From positions 1,076-65,075 of the forward strand of contig CAZSMK010000003.1 in the NCBI GenBank assembly GCA_964608095.1: a stretch of 64,000 nucleotides of DNA, given 5' to 3'. The notes beneath the pieces are model-generated. The model had not been told where the DNA came from and searched no databases. It saw only the letters and a list, made by a program, of their open reading frames with translations. Both the position numbers and the translations under genes were made by a program. Positions within the stretch are counted from its first letter, which is position 1. Each line of letters begins with the position of its first letter. This stretch comes from an uncultured Candidatus Sumerlaeota bacterium. Lineage in GTDB: Bacteria; Sumerlaeota; Sumerlaeia; MWCT01; JAGHBZ01. Shown here one piece after another: positions 1-9,586 of this stretch.

Positions 1-174
1 TGTAAGGGAGTGTATGTGTAAAGGTACCGGGGTAGCCAAAAAAACAATTTGATGAATTCACAGAGTATGTGAATAATTTGATGGTGTTTTAAAGAACAAG
101 CGATATGTCAGAAACAAGAAAGGGAGTATCTGAAAAACTCGAAAGATATCAAGAGATGGGCGCCGGTTCTTCTG

Positions 175-1284
175 TTGGCATTGATTGTATGTTTTGCACT
201 TTCTACCCGCTTGATTTCTCTTATACATCATCGCGCTGAACCGGTTTCCCTTGATACCGAATTTTATTTTCATATTGCGGAGACGTTACGTTCACCATTT
301 GCAACACACGCAAGGGAACCGTTCTTTATCTGGGTATCATGGGCTGTTATAAAACTCTTCTCTCCTGAACCTGTATGGCTTCGTGTGATCAGTTATGTAT
401 TCGGCATCATTGCGGTATGGTTCACCTATTATGTGGGGAAAAGGATTTTTAATAGCTTTATCGGTCTCAGCGCTGCGTTGTTGATGGCGACCAATCCGTC
501 GCTCAGTTACATGAGTATACGAGGGTTGAGATTCGAGCTTCAGCTACTCGTCTTTTCAGGACTGACCGCTTGCCTGTTCCTTATGAAAAAGAAACATCCC
601 TTTCGTAGCGCGCTTATTTATGGTGGTCTGGGAGCGGTATCGCTTCTCTCGTCATTGACATTCCTGGTGCATTATATCGTCATCGGTATAATCATCGCTG
701 TAAAAAACAAGTGGACGTGGCATGCCTTGATCGCGGTTATTATTCCGCTCGTTTTTATTTTGCCGTATTTGTCATATTGTAAAAGGGAGTTCGGCGATCC
801 CTTCTATGCGTTAAACATACATAGCACCTATTACAGGAATCTTGAATTTGCCGGAGAGGATGGATTTATTTCTGCAGAGGATTTTTCGAAAAATCCCTAT
901 GGAGGCGAGAGAGTCTCGTACTTTCGCTATGTATTCGGATTGCATACAGTTCCTGAAGTTATTCGCACTTCGATTAAGGGATTTATTTCCGTGTATTTCG
1001 GCTATTATACCAAAGACATAATTTTCGGTAATTGTATGTTCTTGTTCTTGATGTATATTATGGGCATGGTAACGCTTATAGCACGACGCAGATATTTAAT
1101 CCTTGTTCCTTTTTTTCTATGGGGATTGGGGTTGTCCTTCGTAATAGGGAGTGTAGGGCTTGATTGGCGAATAGTCGTAATTTTTGCGCCGATATCGTAT
1201 TTCATGGCGGGATGGGGACTTTTTCAATTTGTCGAGTTATTCAGGGAGGGTGAAGGGAACGTTAAGCAGAATAGTCAAGAGTGA
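175..1284 (+). CDS. Multi-pass membrane protein, glycosyltransferase family 39 / PMT-like (GT-C fold)
   Basis: Many hydrophobic segments; N-terminal 'SLDTEFYFHIA' acidic loop, 'REPFF' and 'GLSAALLMATNP' resemble ArnT/PMT_2 proteins. Start uncertain: the frame is open upstream and a CTG at 130 follows AAGGGAG. Confidence 0.65.
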   Translation: MALIVCFALSTRLISLIHHRAEPVSLDTEFYFHIAETLRSPFATHAREPFFIWVSWAVIKLFSPEPVWLRVISYVFGIIAVWFTYYVGKRIFNSFIGLSAALLMATNPSLSYMSIRGLRFELQLLVFSGLTACLFLMKKKHPFRSALIYGGLGAVSLLSSLTFLVHYIVIGIIIAVKNKWTWHALIAVIIPLVFILPYLSYCKREFGDPFYALNIHSTYYRNLEFAGEDGFISAEDFSKNPYGGERVSYFRYVFGLHTVPEVIRTSIKGFISVYFGYYTKDIIFGNCMFLFLMYIMGMVTLIARRRYLILVPFFLWGLGLSFVIGSVGLDWRIVVIFAPISYFMAGWGLFQFVELFREGEGNVKQNSQE

Positions 1285-1525
1285 AGATGGATAAGATGTT
1301 GACCGTTCGTACGTTCTCATCGTCGCCGGCAGCGAGAACCTCCCTTACTCTAAAAGTGTTACACATTTCGTGGAAGCGCCTTGCGCTGCCGAGTACGAAG
1401 GGCTGAATGCCGAAGCCTGAGGGAGACAGACCTCGTTGCGAATGTATGAAATCTTTGTTGTTTCACGAAAGGGAATGTGTTTCACTATCTCCATATTTCG
1501 GCACACATCCTATGGAGGTTCTTTT

Positions 1526-3091
1526 ATGATGAAACTGGCAAAATATTCGTTTCTGATCGTCGTACTCCTTGCCGTGTTTACCCTGTCTGTCTATGCGGAG
1601 AGCATCAGCGGCATCGTCTTCCACGACAAAAACAAAAATCAAGTCCTCGATAAAGGCGAGAAGGGCATCAAAGGGGTGCTTGTCTCAAACGAGCGCGACG
1701 TGGTAAAGACCGATCGCAAAGGGCGTTACACCCTCGAGGTGAATGATGAAACCATTATCTTCATCACCAAACCCGCCGGGTATATGACGCCCTTAAATGA
1801 TGTTAATCTGCCGCAATTCTATTATATACATTACCCGAAAGGTTCGCCGGAACTTAGATTCGGTGGGATCGAGCCGACGGGACCCTTTCCCGACAGTGTA
1901 AATTTTCCACTCTACAAAACGAAAGAACCAAAAGAATTAAAATTTCTCGCACTTGGAGATCCCCAACCGCGCAATAGAGGGGAGGTCGATTATTTCCGCG
2001 ACGATGTCCTGCCAGAGTTAATCGTCACTGACGCAGCCTTCGCAATACCTATGGGCGATATTGTGTTCGATGACCTCTCCATCTATGATTACCATAATGC
2101 TACGATCGCTGAGATCGGTATCCCTCTGTATAATGTTCCCGGCAACCACGACATGAACTACGACGCAGAAGACGACCATTATGCGCTCGAGACGTTCAAG
2201 CGCATATTCGGTCCTCCACAATATTCGTTCGACTACGGCAAGGTGCATTTTGTCGTGCTGGACGATATCGTGTATCTGGGTAAAAACGAACAAGGCAATC
2301 CCCACTATGCGGAAAGACTCGGTCCGGCACAGCTTGAATGGCTGAAGAACGATCTTGCCTTGGTGCCGCGGAACAAACTTATTGTCCTCTGCATGCACGC
2401 ACCACTTGCTTCACTTCGCTCAGGTGCAGCAGGTAAAAAAACGGACACTCTCTATGCACTGCTCGACGAATTCGATCATGTCCTGGTGTTCGCTGCGCAT
2501 ACCCATACCACCGGACATATCTTCCACGGGAAAGAGCATGGACGCAACAACCCGACACCTGTTCATCATTATGTCTGCGGAGCGATGTGCGGGAGCTGGT
2601 GGATGGGACCCAAAGATGAACGAGGCATACCAATCGCGGACCAACGCGACGGTGTACCGAACGGATGGAATATGGTCGTGGTAGATGACGTCTCGTACAA
2701 GATATGTTTCAAAGCAGCGAGATTCGATGCAGATTACCAGCTCGATATTTCGTACCCGCGCGGCACAGTTACGACGGATGACCTGAAAGGCAAGGACGTG
2801 ATAGTCAATGTATTCGCCGGCAGCGAACGTTCGAGGGTCAAGTGCGCGATTGATAGGGGAGAACCGGTCGAGATGCGGCGCGTTCAATTAAAGGACCCTT
2901 ACACCGTGGCATTATTCGAGAGATACAAAGATGAATTTAAGTGGGCTAATCCAGTGGTGACGGGACATCTCTGGTCAGTGCCGCTTCCGGCTGATCTTGC
3001 GCCAGGTCACCATACCATAGTGGCGACCACCACGGACGAATACGGCGATACGTATAGCATTGCCCGTACGTTTACCATAAAGGCGCAGTAA
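1526..3091 (+). CDS. Secreted calcineurin-like metallophosphoesterase with N- and C-terminal accessory domains
   Basis: Signal peptide; motifs GDPQ, MGD, PGNHD, MH, AHTH; 'GSWW...DGVPNG'. Start moved to ATG 1526 after GGAGG. Confidence 0.85.
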   Translation: MMKLAKYSFLIVVLLAVFTLSVYAESISGIVFHDKNKNQVLDKGEKGIKGVLVSNERDVVKTDRKGRYTLEVNDETIIFITKPAGYMTPLNDVNLPQFYYIHYPKGSPELRFGGIEPTGPFPDSVNFPLYKTKEPKELKFLALGDPQPRNRGEVDYFRDDVLPELIVTDAAFAIPMGDIVFDDLSIYDYHNATIAEIGIPLYNVPGNHDMNYDAEDDHYALETFKRIFGPPQYSFDYGKVHFVVLDDIVYLGKNEQGNPHYAERLGPAQLEWLKNDLALVPRNKLIVLCMHAPLASLRSGAAGKKTDTLYALLDEFDHVLVFAAHTHTTGHIFHGKEHGRNNPTPVHHYVCGAMCGSWWMGPKDERGIPIADQRDGVPNGWNMVVVDDVSYKICFKAARFDADYQLDISYPRGTVTTDDLKGKDVIVNVFAGSERSRVKCAIDRGEPVEMRRVQLKDPYTVALFERYKDEFKWANPVVTGHLWSVPLPADLAPGHHTIVATTTDEYGDTYSIARTFTIKAQ

Positions 3092-3129
3092 TTATAATCA
3101 TAATATGAATTTTGGTTTGAACTGTTGCC

Positions 3130-3157
3130 GGGGGGCGTTCGGGCCGAACAACCCTAC
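3130..3157 (-). repeat. GTAG-type REP-like palindrome, possible terminator of the phosphoesterase gene
   Basis: Minus strand reads GTAGGGTTGTTCGGCCCGAACGCCCC: GTAG followed by an imperfect GC-rich hairpin. Confidence 0.45.
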
Positions 3158-3235
3158 TTCGCATTGAATAAAAAGGGATTAGTAGATAAGTAAAAATAGG
3201 TGGTCCTTGGACACTTTTTCTTTATAGATACGTCG

Positions 3236-3312
3236 ACGAAGAGTTCGCAGAGAGAACTACACGCTGATATAAAAAATACTTTGCGTTCTTCGTGTCTTCT
3301 GTCTCCTCTGAG
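3236..3312. repeat. Degenerate inverted array of ~9-bp units
   Basis: ACGAAGAG/TCGCAGAG on the left face CTTTGCG/CTTCGTG/CCTCTGAG on the right, between convergent genes. Confidence 0.35.
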
Positions 3313-3444
3313 TTAAGATAATAAAAATTCCCTTAGGTGAGGGTGGAGAAGAGTACAGCGCAGTTAGGGAGAGAAAAATCATAAATGCCGTAAGTGGGAA
3401 GAAGAACACGAGGAAAAAGTAGAAGGAATTCTATGATGATCTTA

Positions 3445-3819
3445 TCAGGTGTTTTGATCGGGTTTGTAGTGGGAATCGTTGGGATGTTCGGTGCGAGAGG
3501 CGGCAAGGTAGAAGCGGATGTAGAGCCTGGATAAAATGATCCCGGCAATAACGGCAACAGCCAAGAAAAGGGCAAGGTTGATAAGGAGTGCGACAACGCT
3601 GTCGAGGCCGAAGACATTTTCGATAGCATTATAAACAATCCAGAGGATCAAATTGAGAGGACCTGCGATTGCAACAGCGATGAGCCAGAGGCGCATCACC
3701 GGCGATAGGTTTTTTCCTCTCATTAAGAGGAAGTAAACGCCTACCCCTGCAGGCGTCAGTAACGCCAGGATAATAAAAAGGTAGAGGATGAATCGTTCGT
3801 TTAATATCAGGTTAAGCAT
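3445..3819 (-). CDS. Small hypothetical membrane protein (about 3 TM helices)
   Basis: 124-aa ORF with three hydrophobic stretches; no family recognised. Confidence 0.6.
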   Translation of the reverse strand: MLNLILNERFILYLFIILALLTPAGVGVYFLLMRGKNLSPVMRLWLIAVAIAGPLNLILWIVYNAIENVFGLDSVVALLINLALFLAVAVIAGIILSRLYIRFYLAASRTEHPNDSHYKPDQNT

Positions 3820-3862
3820 GAAGATACTATTGTTGCGGCGATGACTAAAATCAACAAAAAAA

Positions 3863-3982
3863 ACCAGGGTCAGACCTTCAGTTTACAGTTTTACCTGCAA
3901 GACGATGGTGTTGATGACGGAAAGTAAAAAAATAAACAAACACTGTTATACTTAAACTGTAAACTGAAGGTCTGACCCCGGT
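3863..3982 (+). mobile_element. ~120-bp MITE/REPIN-like element, copy 1
   Basis: Inverted arms GGGTCAGACCTTCAGTTTACAGTTT ... AAACTGTAAACTGAAGGTCTGACCC around an A-rich core; recurs at 5658 and 20788; overlaps the mvhA 3' end. Confidence 0.85.
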
Positions 3983-5448
3983 AGGGTTTTTATAAGGTTT
4001 CCGTCTGCATCCCTGATGTTCGCAACCAACGGCATGTCGCCCGGTAAGGAATGTGTAGCGCAACCGAAACAGGGATCGTAGGCACGAAACGCCATCTCTA
4101 TCATGTTCAAAATAGGTTCGGTAACTTCCTTGCCTTTTTCGATAAAGGTTTCGGCTGCCTTTCGGATCGAAAGATTAAGCGCACCGTAATTGTTCGTAGT
4201 CCCGACGAGGAGATTCGCCTTTTTTACGATTCCGTTTTCATCGGTCACATAATGATGAGTGAGCGTTCCCCGTGGCGCTTCAACGATTCCCACTCCCTCA
4301 GATGGTATCTCGGTGGGAATGGTGCGAATCTTATCGCTGGTGATTTCGGGGTCCGTGGCAAGTTCGAGCATACGTTCGCTGGCGTATAAGAGCTCAACCA
4401 ATCGAGCCCAGTGAGTGGCAAGGGTATGGTGAACCATTTTTTTACCGCTGGAATCACCGGTGATAGTCTGGAAAAATTCTTCATAGGCTTCCTGGGCGCG
4501 GGGTGTTGCCATCCCATCGGCGACGTTCAGCCGCGACAAGGGTGTCGCCCGGTAAATGCCGCTTTCCTTCCCATCCTTGAATCCTTGCCAGCCTATCTTT
4601 TTAAGGAACGGGAACTTGAGAAAGCTCCATGACTCGACATGTTCTGCAATGTGGTTGGTGTATTCGTCAGACGAGTAGGTGCAAAATTCGTGTCCTTCCG
4701 GGTCAACCACGCGTATCTTTCCGTCGTAAAAGTTGACTTTGTTATGACCATCCACCAATCCCATGTAATAGGTCTCATGGTAGTATGTGTCGCTGAGGAT
4801 GAGGTCTTTATAGCGAGGAATTGCCAGTACAAGGTCTTTGAAAGTCTGGATGCTGAAGAGAGAGAACTCAATAGCCCATCGAGCGATTTGCTCGACTTCG
4901 TCGCGTTCATCCTTGTTAAGTCCTTTCGACACGCCCCCGGGAAGGACACAAATGGGGTGACACTGTCGCGCCGCGAGTAGCTCGACAACGTGGTTGCATT
5001 TTTTTCGCATTTCGATAATGCGTGAGCCGGTCTCGACGCCGACCTTTTTTATAAGACCGAGGATGTTACGCTCGGCAACGGGTGCGTCAGCGCCGACAAT
5101 AAAATCCGGTGCCGCAAGGATATAAAAATGGGTCGTATGGTCGCTTGCGAAGAAGGCGGAGTAAGGGAGTTCGCGCAACTTTTTTGCGGCGGGAGGCGGA
5201 TCGACCTTGAAGACTGCGTCGACAGCTTTACCGGAAGCAATGTGATGAGCTTCCGGGCAGACGCCGCAGATGCGAGGTGTAATATGCGGGAGTTCCTCAA
5301 CGGGTCTGCCCTCGGCGAACTTTTCAAAGCCCCTGAGCTCGGGGATCTGGAAATAGGCGTTGGCAACCTCGCCTTCGTCGTCGAGAAAAATTTCAATTTT
5401 CCCGTGACCTTCGAGTCGTGTAACCGGATCGATAGATATCTTATGCAT
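3952..5448 (-). CDS. mvhA: [NiFe]-hydrogenase large subunit, group 3c (MvhA-like)
   Basis: TRLEGHGK; L1 motif RICGVC; EAPRG; L2 motif RAYDPCFGCATH followed by a cleavable C-terminal tail; mvhD/mvhG/hdr context. Confidence 0.93.
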   Translation of the reverse strand: MHKISIDPVTRLEGHGKIEIFLDDEGEVANAYFQIPELRGFEKFAEGRPVEELPHITPRICGVCPEAHHIASGKAVDAVFKVDPPPAAKKLRELPYSAFFASDHTTHFYILAAPDFIVGADAPVAERNILGLIKKVGVETGSRIIEMRKKCNHVVELLAARQCHPICVLPGGVSKGLNKDERDEVEQIARWAIEFSLFSIQTFKDLVLAIPRYKDLILSDTYYHETYYMGLVDGHNKVNFYDGKIRVVDPEGHEFCTYSSDEYTNHIAEHVESWSFLKFPFLKKIGWQGFKDGKESGIYRATPLSRLNVADGMATPRAQEAYEEFFQTITGDSSGKKMVHHTLATHWARLVELLYASERMLELATDPEITSDKIRTIPTEIPSEGVGIVEAPRGTLTHHYVTDENGIVKKANLLVGTTNNYGALNLSIRKAAETFIEKGKEVTEPILNMIEMAFRAYDPCFGCATHSLPGDMPLVANIRDADGNLIKTLPGSDLQFTV

Positions 5449-5657
5449 AACGAGTCCTCCGGGAAATGCAGCGGCGCATGAAAAAAAGAAATATATTGTG
5501 TAATGCAGAAAAAGAATATGCCATTAGTATCTTTCCCGAAAAAGATGCCTGGCTTTTAATACTGCCAATGCCCATAGCGATTATTAATTGCTGTGCGCAA
5601 TACATATTTTTCTTGTACTCTTCTGTCAGGGCGTAGTCAAAGACAAAGCCAGAAAAA

Positions 5658-5777
5658 AAGGGGGTCAGACCTTCAGTTTACAGTTTTACCTGCAAGACGA
5701 AGATGTTTATGAAAGAAAGCAAAAAAATTAACAAACAGTGTTATACCCAAACTGTAAACTGAAGGTCTGACCCCGGT
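5658..5777 (+). mobile_element. ~120-bp MITE/REPIN-like element, copy 2
   Basis: Same 25-bp arms and related core; ends 4 bp from the stop codon of the PDZ gene. Confidence 0.85.
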
Positions 5778-5781
5778 AGGT

Positions 5782-8142
5782 TTATGGCATCTTGAGATCG
5801 ACGACGCGGCTTTTTCCCATGGTCTGTATCTGGAGCGAGACCTTTTCCTTTTCCGATTCCTGTGCGGCATTGATCTTCTGCTCGAAATCTTGCGCGCCTT
5901 TAAGTGGCTCGTTGTCAAGGCTTGTTATAATTTCATAGGGCTTTATTCCTGCAACAGAAGCAGGGGTTCCCGTTTCTACCTTGTCAACGACAACGCCTGA
6001 AACCTCCGGCGCCACTTTCATAGCAGCACGCACCTCGTACGTGAGGTCTTTGACTGTCAAGCCGATGTCGTCGTCTTTAAATTTTGCAGCGCTGTCGAAA
6101 TCGGGCGGTGCGGTTTCTACAACTACTTTTTTCGACTCGCCTTTCCCGTCGGAATAATAATTCAACGTAATCTCGGTTCCCTCGCCGAGGGTATCCAGTA
6201 GACCGGTAAGATAATTTTTTCTTGTTCGCCACGGTTTCTTTTCCGGCATTGAAAGCCCGAATGCTTCAAGCGCTTTGGGAATTTGTCCCTGTCCCATATC
6301 GAATTCCTCGAATTCATTTTGTGGAGGACGCAGTTCGATAGGATATCGTTTCTTCTTTTTCTCGATACTGAGCAGAATATCGCCGGGCTTCAATGGAATT
6401 TTCTCAGCGGGTGAACCGGCATACACCTGGCTGATAGTCAAACCGATCTCGCCGTCTTTAGTAGGTTTTTCGACTTCGAGGTTCTTTGCAAGTTCGCGGT
6501 TCATGGGTGAATACTCGATCCCGAGCCAGAGCTTTTGTTTCTCTTCTTCTTTTGTGAGAGGTTTAATACGAGGGTCGAGAGATTCATCCGGCTGAAGGAT
6601 TGCCTCTTTGACATCTACCAGGGAGACAAGGTCATCGTACCCGCCGGGTCTGAACCATTTCTCTTTCTCGAACATTTCCGAGCCATAATCGTCACGTTGA
6701 CCAAGGTATTGTTTTATCTCTTCGTCTTCTTTGCGAGTTTTGAGAAAAAGCCCAATAATTTTACCCTCCGTATTGAGGACAAAATCGCCTCTCATTATTT
6801 CGCCGTAGAGATTCCACGTATACTTATCCTCATAGGATTTAGCCCTGTCATAACAGCGGAAATGGCTGCAAATGACATACTTTTCGCCGAATTTCTTCTC
6901 GGCATGGAGTGAGAAATAGGGTGAAAAAGGTTGGACGGGCTCAAACGTAAGGAGTTCCGCGGCATTGGGAAGCGTGGTGTCATCGTTCACCCGCACAAGA
7001 TATGCGGCGAAATCCTTATAAGTCCCGGCATACGTCCCTTCCACTTCCTCTTCTTCGGAGAGATAGAGGGTAACCGACTTAATCTTGGCTGCTTGCTTTC
7101 TCCCGATGAAGTGGGGTACGAGGAGAGTGTTATGGTTTATAGCCAGCCCGTAATGTTCGATATCTTCGAACTTTTCGCCGCCATAGCCGAACATGCGATA
7201 CAGTGAACCCCAGACGCCGCCCTCGTCCTCGGAATCGGTTCCCTGGCGAAGTTCTATTTTGACGCGATAAAGAAAGGGTTCGAACCGTTTCTTCATGTCG
7301 TTGAGATATGAGAAATACTCGTCGCGAGAGATTTTCCAGGCGTTTTTGAGCGACTCACCTTTCCAGATAACATTTCGTTCGTTCCAGTCGATAAAGGACG
7401 ATGACGCCACACCTACAGGTGAGTATTCTGAATCAAGCACAGCAGAGAGCGAGAAGAGCGTGTTAAGCATGGAATGATAGTAACCGGAGACCAGTCCCCA
7501 TATATTCATGGGGACATAAATCTGCACGGTCGGCTGTTCCTCTTCAAAGGGACCGATACCGGGACCAACAAACGACACGTTAAGGAGAGTTTGTTCGAGT
7601 TTTTTGTTGGCGTTCACCGCCGTGAAAAAGAATTGTGATGGAGGGACATCCGGGAGTGTGGTAAAATCGAGCGGTTTAAGCGGTTCAGCTTCCTGGAGAT
7701 TTTTGGGCATAATTAGGAGCACAGGCGCCTTGACCATGATGCCGGCAATTTCTCCCTCGATAGACTTGTCGGAACCGGGAAGGTCAATGGTCACGTGGTC
7801 GAGATGGCGAAGGTCGAAGCAAGGATCGAAGAGCATGCAATGTTTTTGGTCGTCGATGACGAAACCCACGAGGTCGAGTGATGTTTTTTCTTCTGCAAAG
7901 TTACGGTATATTTCCTTTTCGCCGTCCAGTTCGCTGGGTTTATCATCGGGCAAAATTTTCCAGAAAAGATGCACCTTTACCATAGAATTCTGGAGAACGT
8001 CGCGCACATTTTGGATGACCACAGGAGAAGGTGCGGCTAAATCCTGTGCTGGCGCACGCGACGCTACTATGGGTAACCCAATTAAAATCGCCACTACTAT
8101 GCAGATTATGTTTCCCCTCATTTTCCTATTCCTCCTCGTCAT
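5782..8142 (-). CDS. Exported PDZ-domain protein with probable degenerate trypsin-like domains
   Basis: Signal peptide; two PDZ domains (LWLGIEY...GSPAEK...KPGDIL; IGLTVK...GTPASVAGIKPYEII); no GNSGG catalytic motif. Confidence 0.7.
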   Translation of the reverse strand: MTRRNRKMRGNIICIVVAILIGLPIVASRAPAQDLAAPSPVVIQNVRDVLQNSMVKVHLFWKILPDDKPSELDGEKEIYRNFAEEKTSLDLVGFVIDDQKHCMLFDPCFDLRHLDHVTIDLPGSDKSIEGEIAGIMVKAPVLLIMPKNLQEAEPLKPLDFTTLPDVPPSQFFFTAVNANKKLEQTLLNVSFVGPGIGPFEEEQPTVQIYVPMNIWGLVSGYYHSMLNTLFSLSAVLDSEYSPVGVASSSFIDWNERNVIWKGESLKNAWKISRDEYFSYLNDMKKRFEPFLYRVKIELRQGTDSEDEGGVWGSLYRMFGYGGEKFEDIEHYGLAINHNTLLVPHFIGRKQAAKIKSVTLYLSEEEEVEGTYAGTYKDFAAYLVRVNDDTTLPNAAELLTFEPVQPFSPYFSLHAEKKFGEKYVICSHFRCYDRAKSYEDKYTWNLYGEIMRGDFVLNTEGKIIGLFLKTRKEDEEIKQYLGQRDDYGSEMFEKEKWFRPGGYDDLVSLVDVKEAILQPDESLDPRIKPLTKEEEKQKLWLGIEYSPMNRELAKNLEVEKPTKDGEIGLTISQVYAGSPAEKIPLKPGDILLSIEKKKKRYPIELRPPQNEFEEFDMGQGQIPKALEAFGLSMPEKKPWRTRKNYLTGLLDTLGEGTEITLNYYSDGKGESKKVVVETAPPDFDSAAKFKDDDIGLTVKDLTYEVRAAMKVAPEVSGVVVDKVETGTPASVAGIKPYEIITSLDNEPLKGAQDFEQKINAAQESEKEKVSLQIQTMGKSRVVDLKMP

Positions 8143-9586
8143 AGTCTTTGCGGTAATCGAGCACTATCCATTTTTTATAACCGCTTCGCAATAGTTCTAA
8201 AAGAACCTTTTTTTCACGCTTGGTATCTTCCATAATGGTATTGTAGAGAGTTTTGATATCTTCGAGGCTGTTGATTTCCTGTCGGTCGATGCTGAGGATG
8301 ATATCGTTGGTATGCAATCTGGCATTGGCTGCATTGCCGGGATATTTCACCCCCTGAATAAACACGCCCTGTTTCTTGTAAAAAAAGTGTTCGGGATTCT
8401 TGAACTTGTTGATCTCTTTGACAGTCATATCCCATCGCTCGAGGTCGAAATCCTCTCCCTCGACCTTGCCCTTGAGAACGGGCGTAATAGAAAAGCTGGT
8501 TAAGGAATCACCGCGCTGAATATTGAAAATGGAGGGAGAGTCAACAGGCAAATCTGCAAGAAGCCAGCGAATTTGCGGGAGGTCTTCTGCGTACAGACCC
8601 ATAATGGGTGTGTTATTGACGGCGAGGAGTAAATCTCCGGACTTGACGCCTGCTTCCCGTGCAGGTGAATTTTTGTCCACGTCGGAGATCAAGACACCGC
8701 GCTCCGCATCGATAAAGGTGTTCGAATAGAAGTCGTTAAGGGGTTGAAGTTGCAAGCCGGACCAGGCTCGCATTACTTCCTCGTTCTTCTTCAACCGTTC
8801 GACGATATCCCGGACGACATTGGACGGAATGGCAAACCCGATGTTCTCACCGATTATCATCATACCAAGGGTATTGATGCCGACGATTTTGCCTTCGGTA
8901 TTAACGAGTGGGCCGCCGCTGTTGCCCGGATTTATTGCCGCGTCTGTCTGCAACCAGACGTTGTATTTGTAAATGCTTTCGAACCCGAGATAGCGGGTAG
9001 TGTTGGATATAATCCCGAGGGAGATGGAGCGTGTGAAGCCGAACGGTGCGCCGAGCGCCATGACAAACTGCCCCTCCTCGAGGTTGCCTGAATCGGCAAA
9101 TTCAGCGTAGGGAAGAGTCTGGCTTTCCGTCCCGTAATCGAGTTTCAATAACGCCAGGTCGGTCTCAGGGTCTCTGCCTATAAGAGTTGCATCCACCTGC
9201 TTCTTGTTCCACAGCACACAGTTTATGACAAGCGATTTTTCCACCACGTGGTTATTCGTGACTACATAGCCATCCGGACTGATAATCACACCGGAGCCGA
9301 AGACCCTTTGCTTTTTCTTCTCGCCGCTTTCGTATTCTTCCACAATAGGCTTTACGAAGACAAGCGCGGGAAACACTTTGCGCTTTGCGGTTTCAATAAC
9401 TTCCTCGAAGTTTATATTCCGGGGAACCGTTTGAGAGGAAGAAACAAGAACCGTTCTGCTGCATGAAAAGAGAAATAGTGAGACAATGCAAAGACCCATT
9501 ATCGCAGAAAAAGAACGTATGCGGTGTTTGCCTTTACGGTTTTTGAATCTATTGTTGTGCAATGAAATCATAACTTTATCCTTCAT
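8126..9586 (-). CDS. HtrA/DegP-family serine endoprotease with PDZ domains, possible lipoprotein
   Basis: GSGVII, TNNHVV (His), TDLALL (Asp), DAAINPGNSGGPL (Ser); C-terminal PDZ domains; 'LFSC' lipobox-like. Confidence 0.9.
   Translation of the reverse strand: MKDKVMISLHNNRFKNRKGKHRIRSFSAIMGLCIVSLFLFSCSRTVLVSSSQTVPRNINFEEVIETAKRKVFPALVFVKPIVEEYESGEKKKQRVFGSGVIISPDGYVVTNNHVVEKSLVINCVLWNKKQVDATLIGRDPETDLALLKLDYGTESQTLPYAEFADSGNLEEGQFVMALGAPFGFTRSISLGIISNTTRYLGFESIYKYNVWLQTDAAINPGNSGGPLVNTEGKIVGINTLGMMIIGENIGFAIPSNVVRDIVERLKKNEEVMRAWSGLQLQPLNDFYSNTFIDAERGVLISDVDKNSPAREAGVKSGDLLLAVNNTPIMGLYAEDLPQIRWLLADLPVDSPSIFNIQRGDSLTSFSITPVLKGKVEGEDFDLERWDMTVKEINKFKNPEHFFYKKQGVFIQGVKYPGNAANARLHTNDIILSIDRQEINSLEDIKTLYNTIMEDTKREKKVLLELLRSGYKKWIVLDYRKDYDEEE

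Noticed and set aside
1285-1525. Riboswitch upstream of the phosphoesterase
   Set aside because: Some GC-rich pairing potential but no aptamer consensus recognised; an Rfam/Infernal scan would be needed.
3863-5777. CRISPR array from the repeated 25-mers
   Set aside because: The repeats are inverted pairs in dispersed copies with homologous cores, not direct repeats with unique spacers; no cas genes.
3878-5918. Similar short minus-strand ORFs (61 and 81 aa) sharing PTGVRPSVYSL...RLAGKTVN
   Set aside because: The similarity comes from translating the repeat element; both overlap real genes.
8126-9586. HtrA acting as the hydrogenase maturation protease
   Set aside because: Maturation uses cytoplasmic HycI/HybD-type endopeptidases; this protein has an export signal while MvhA is cytoplasmic.
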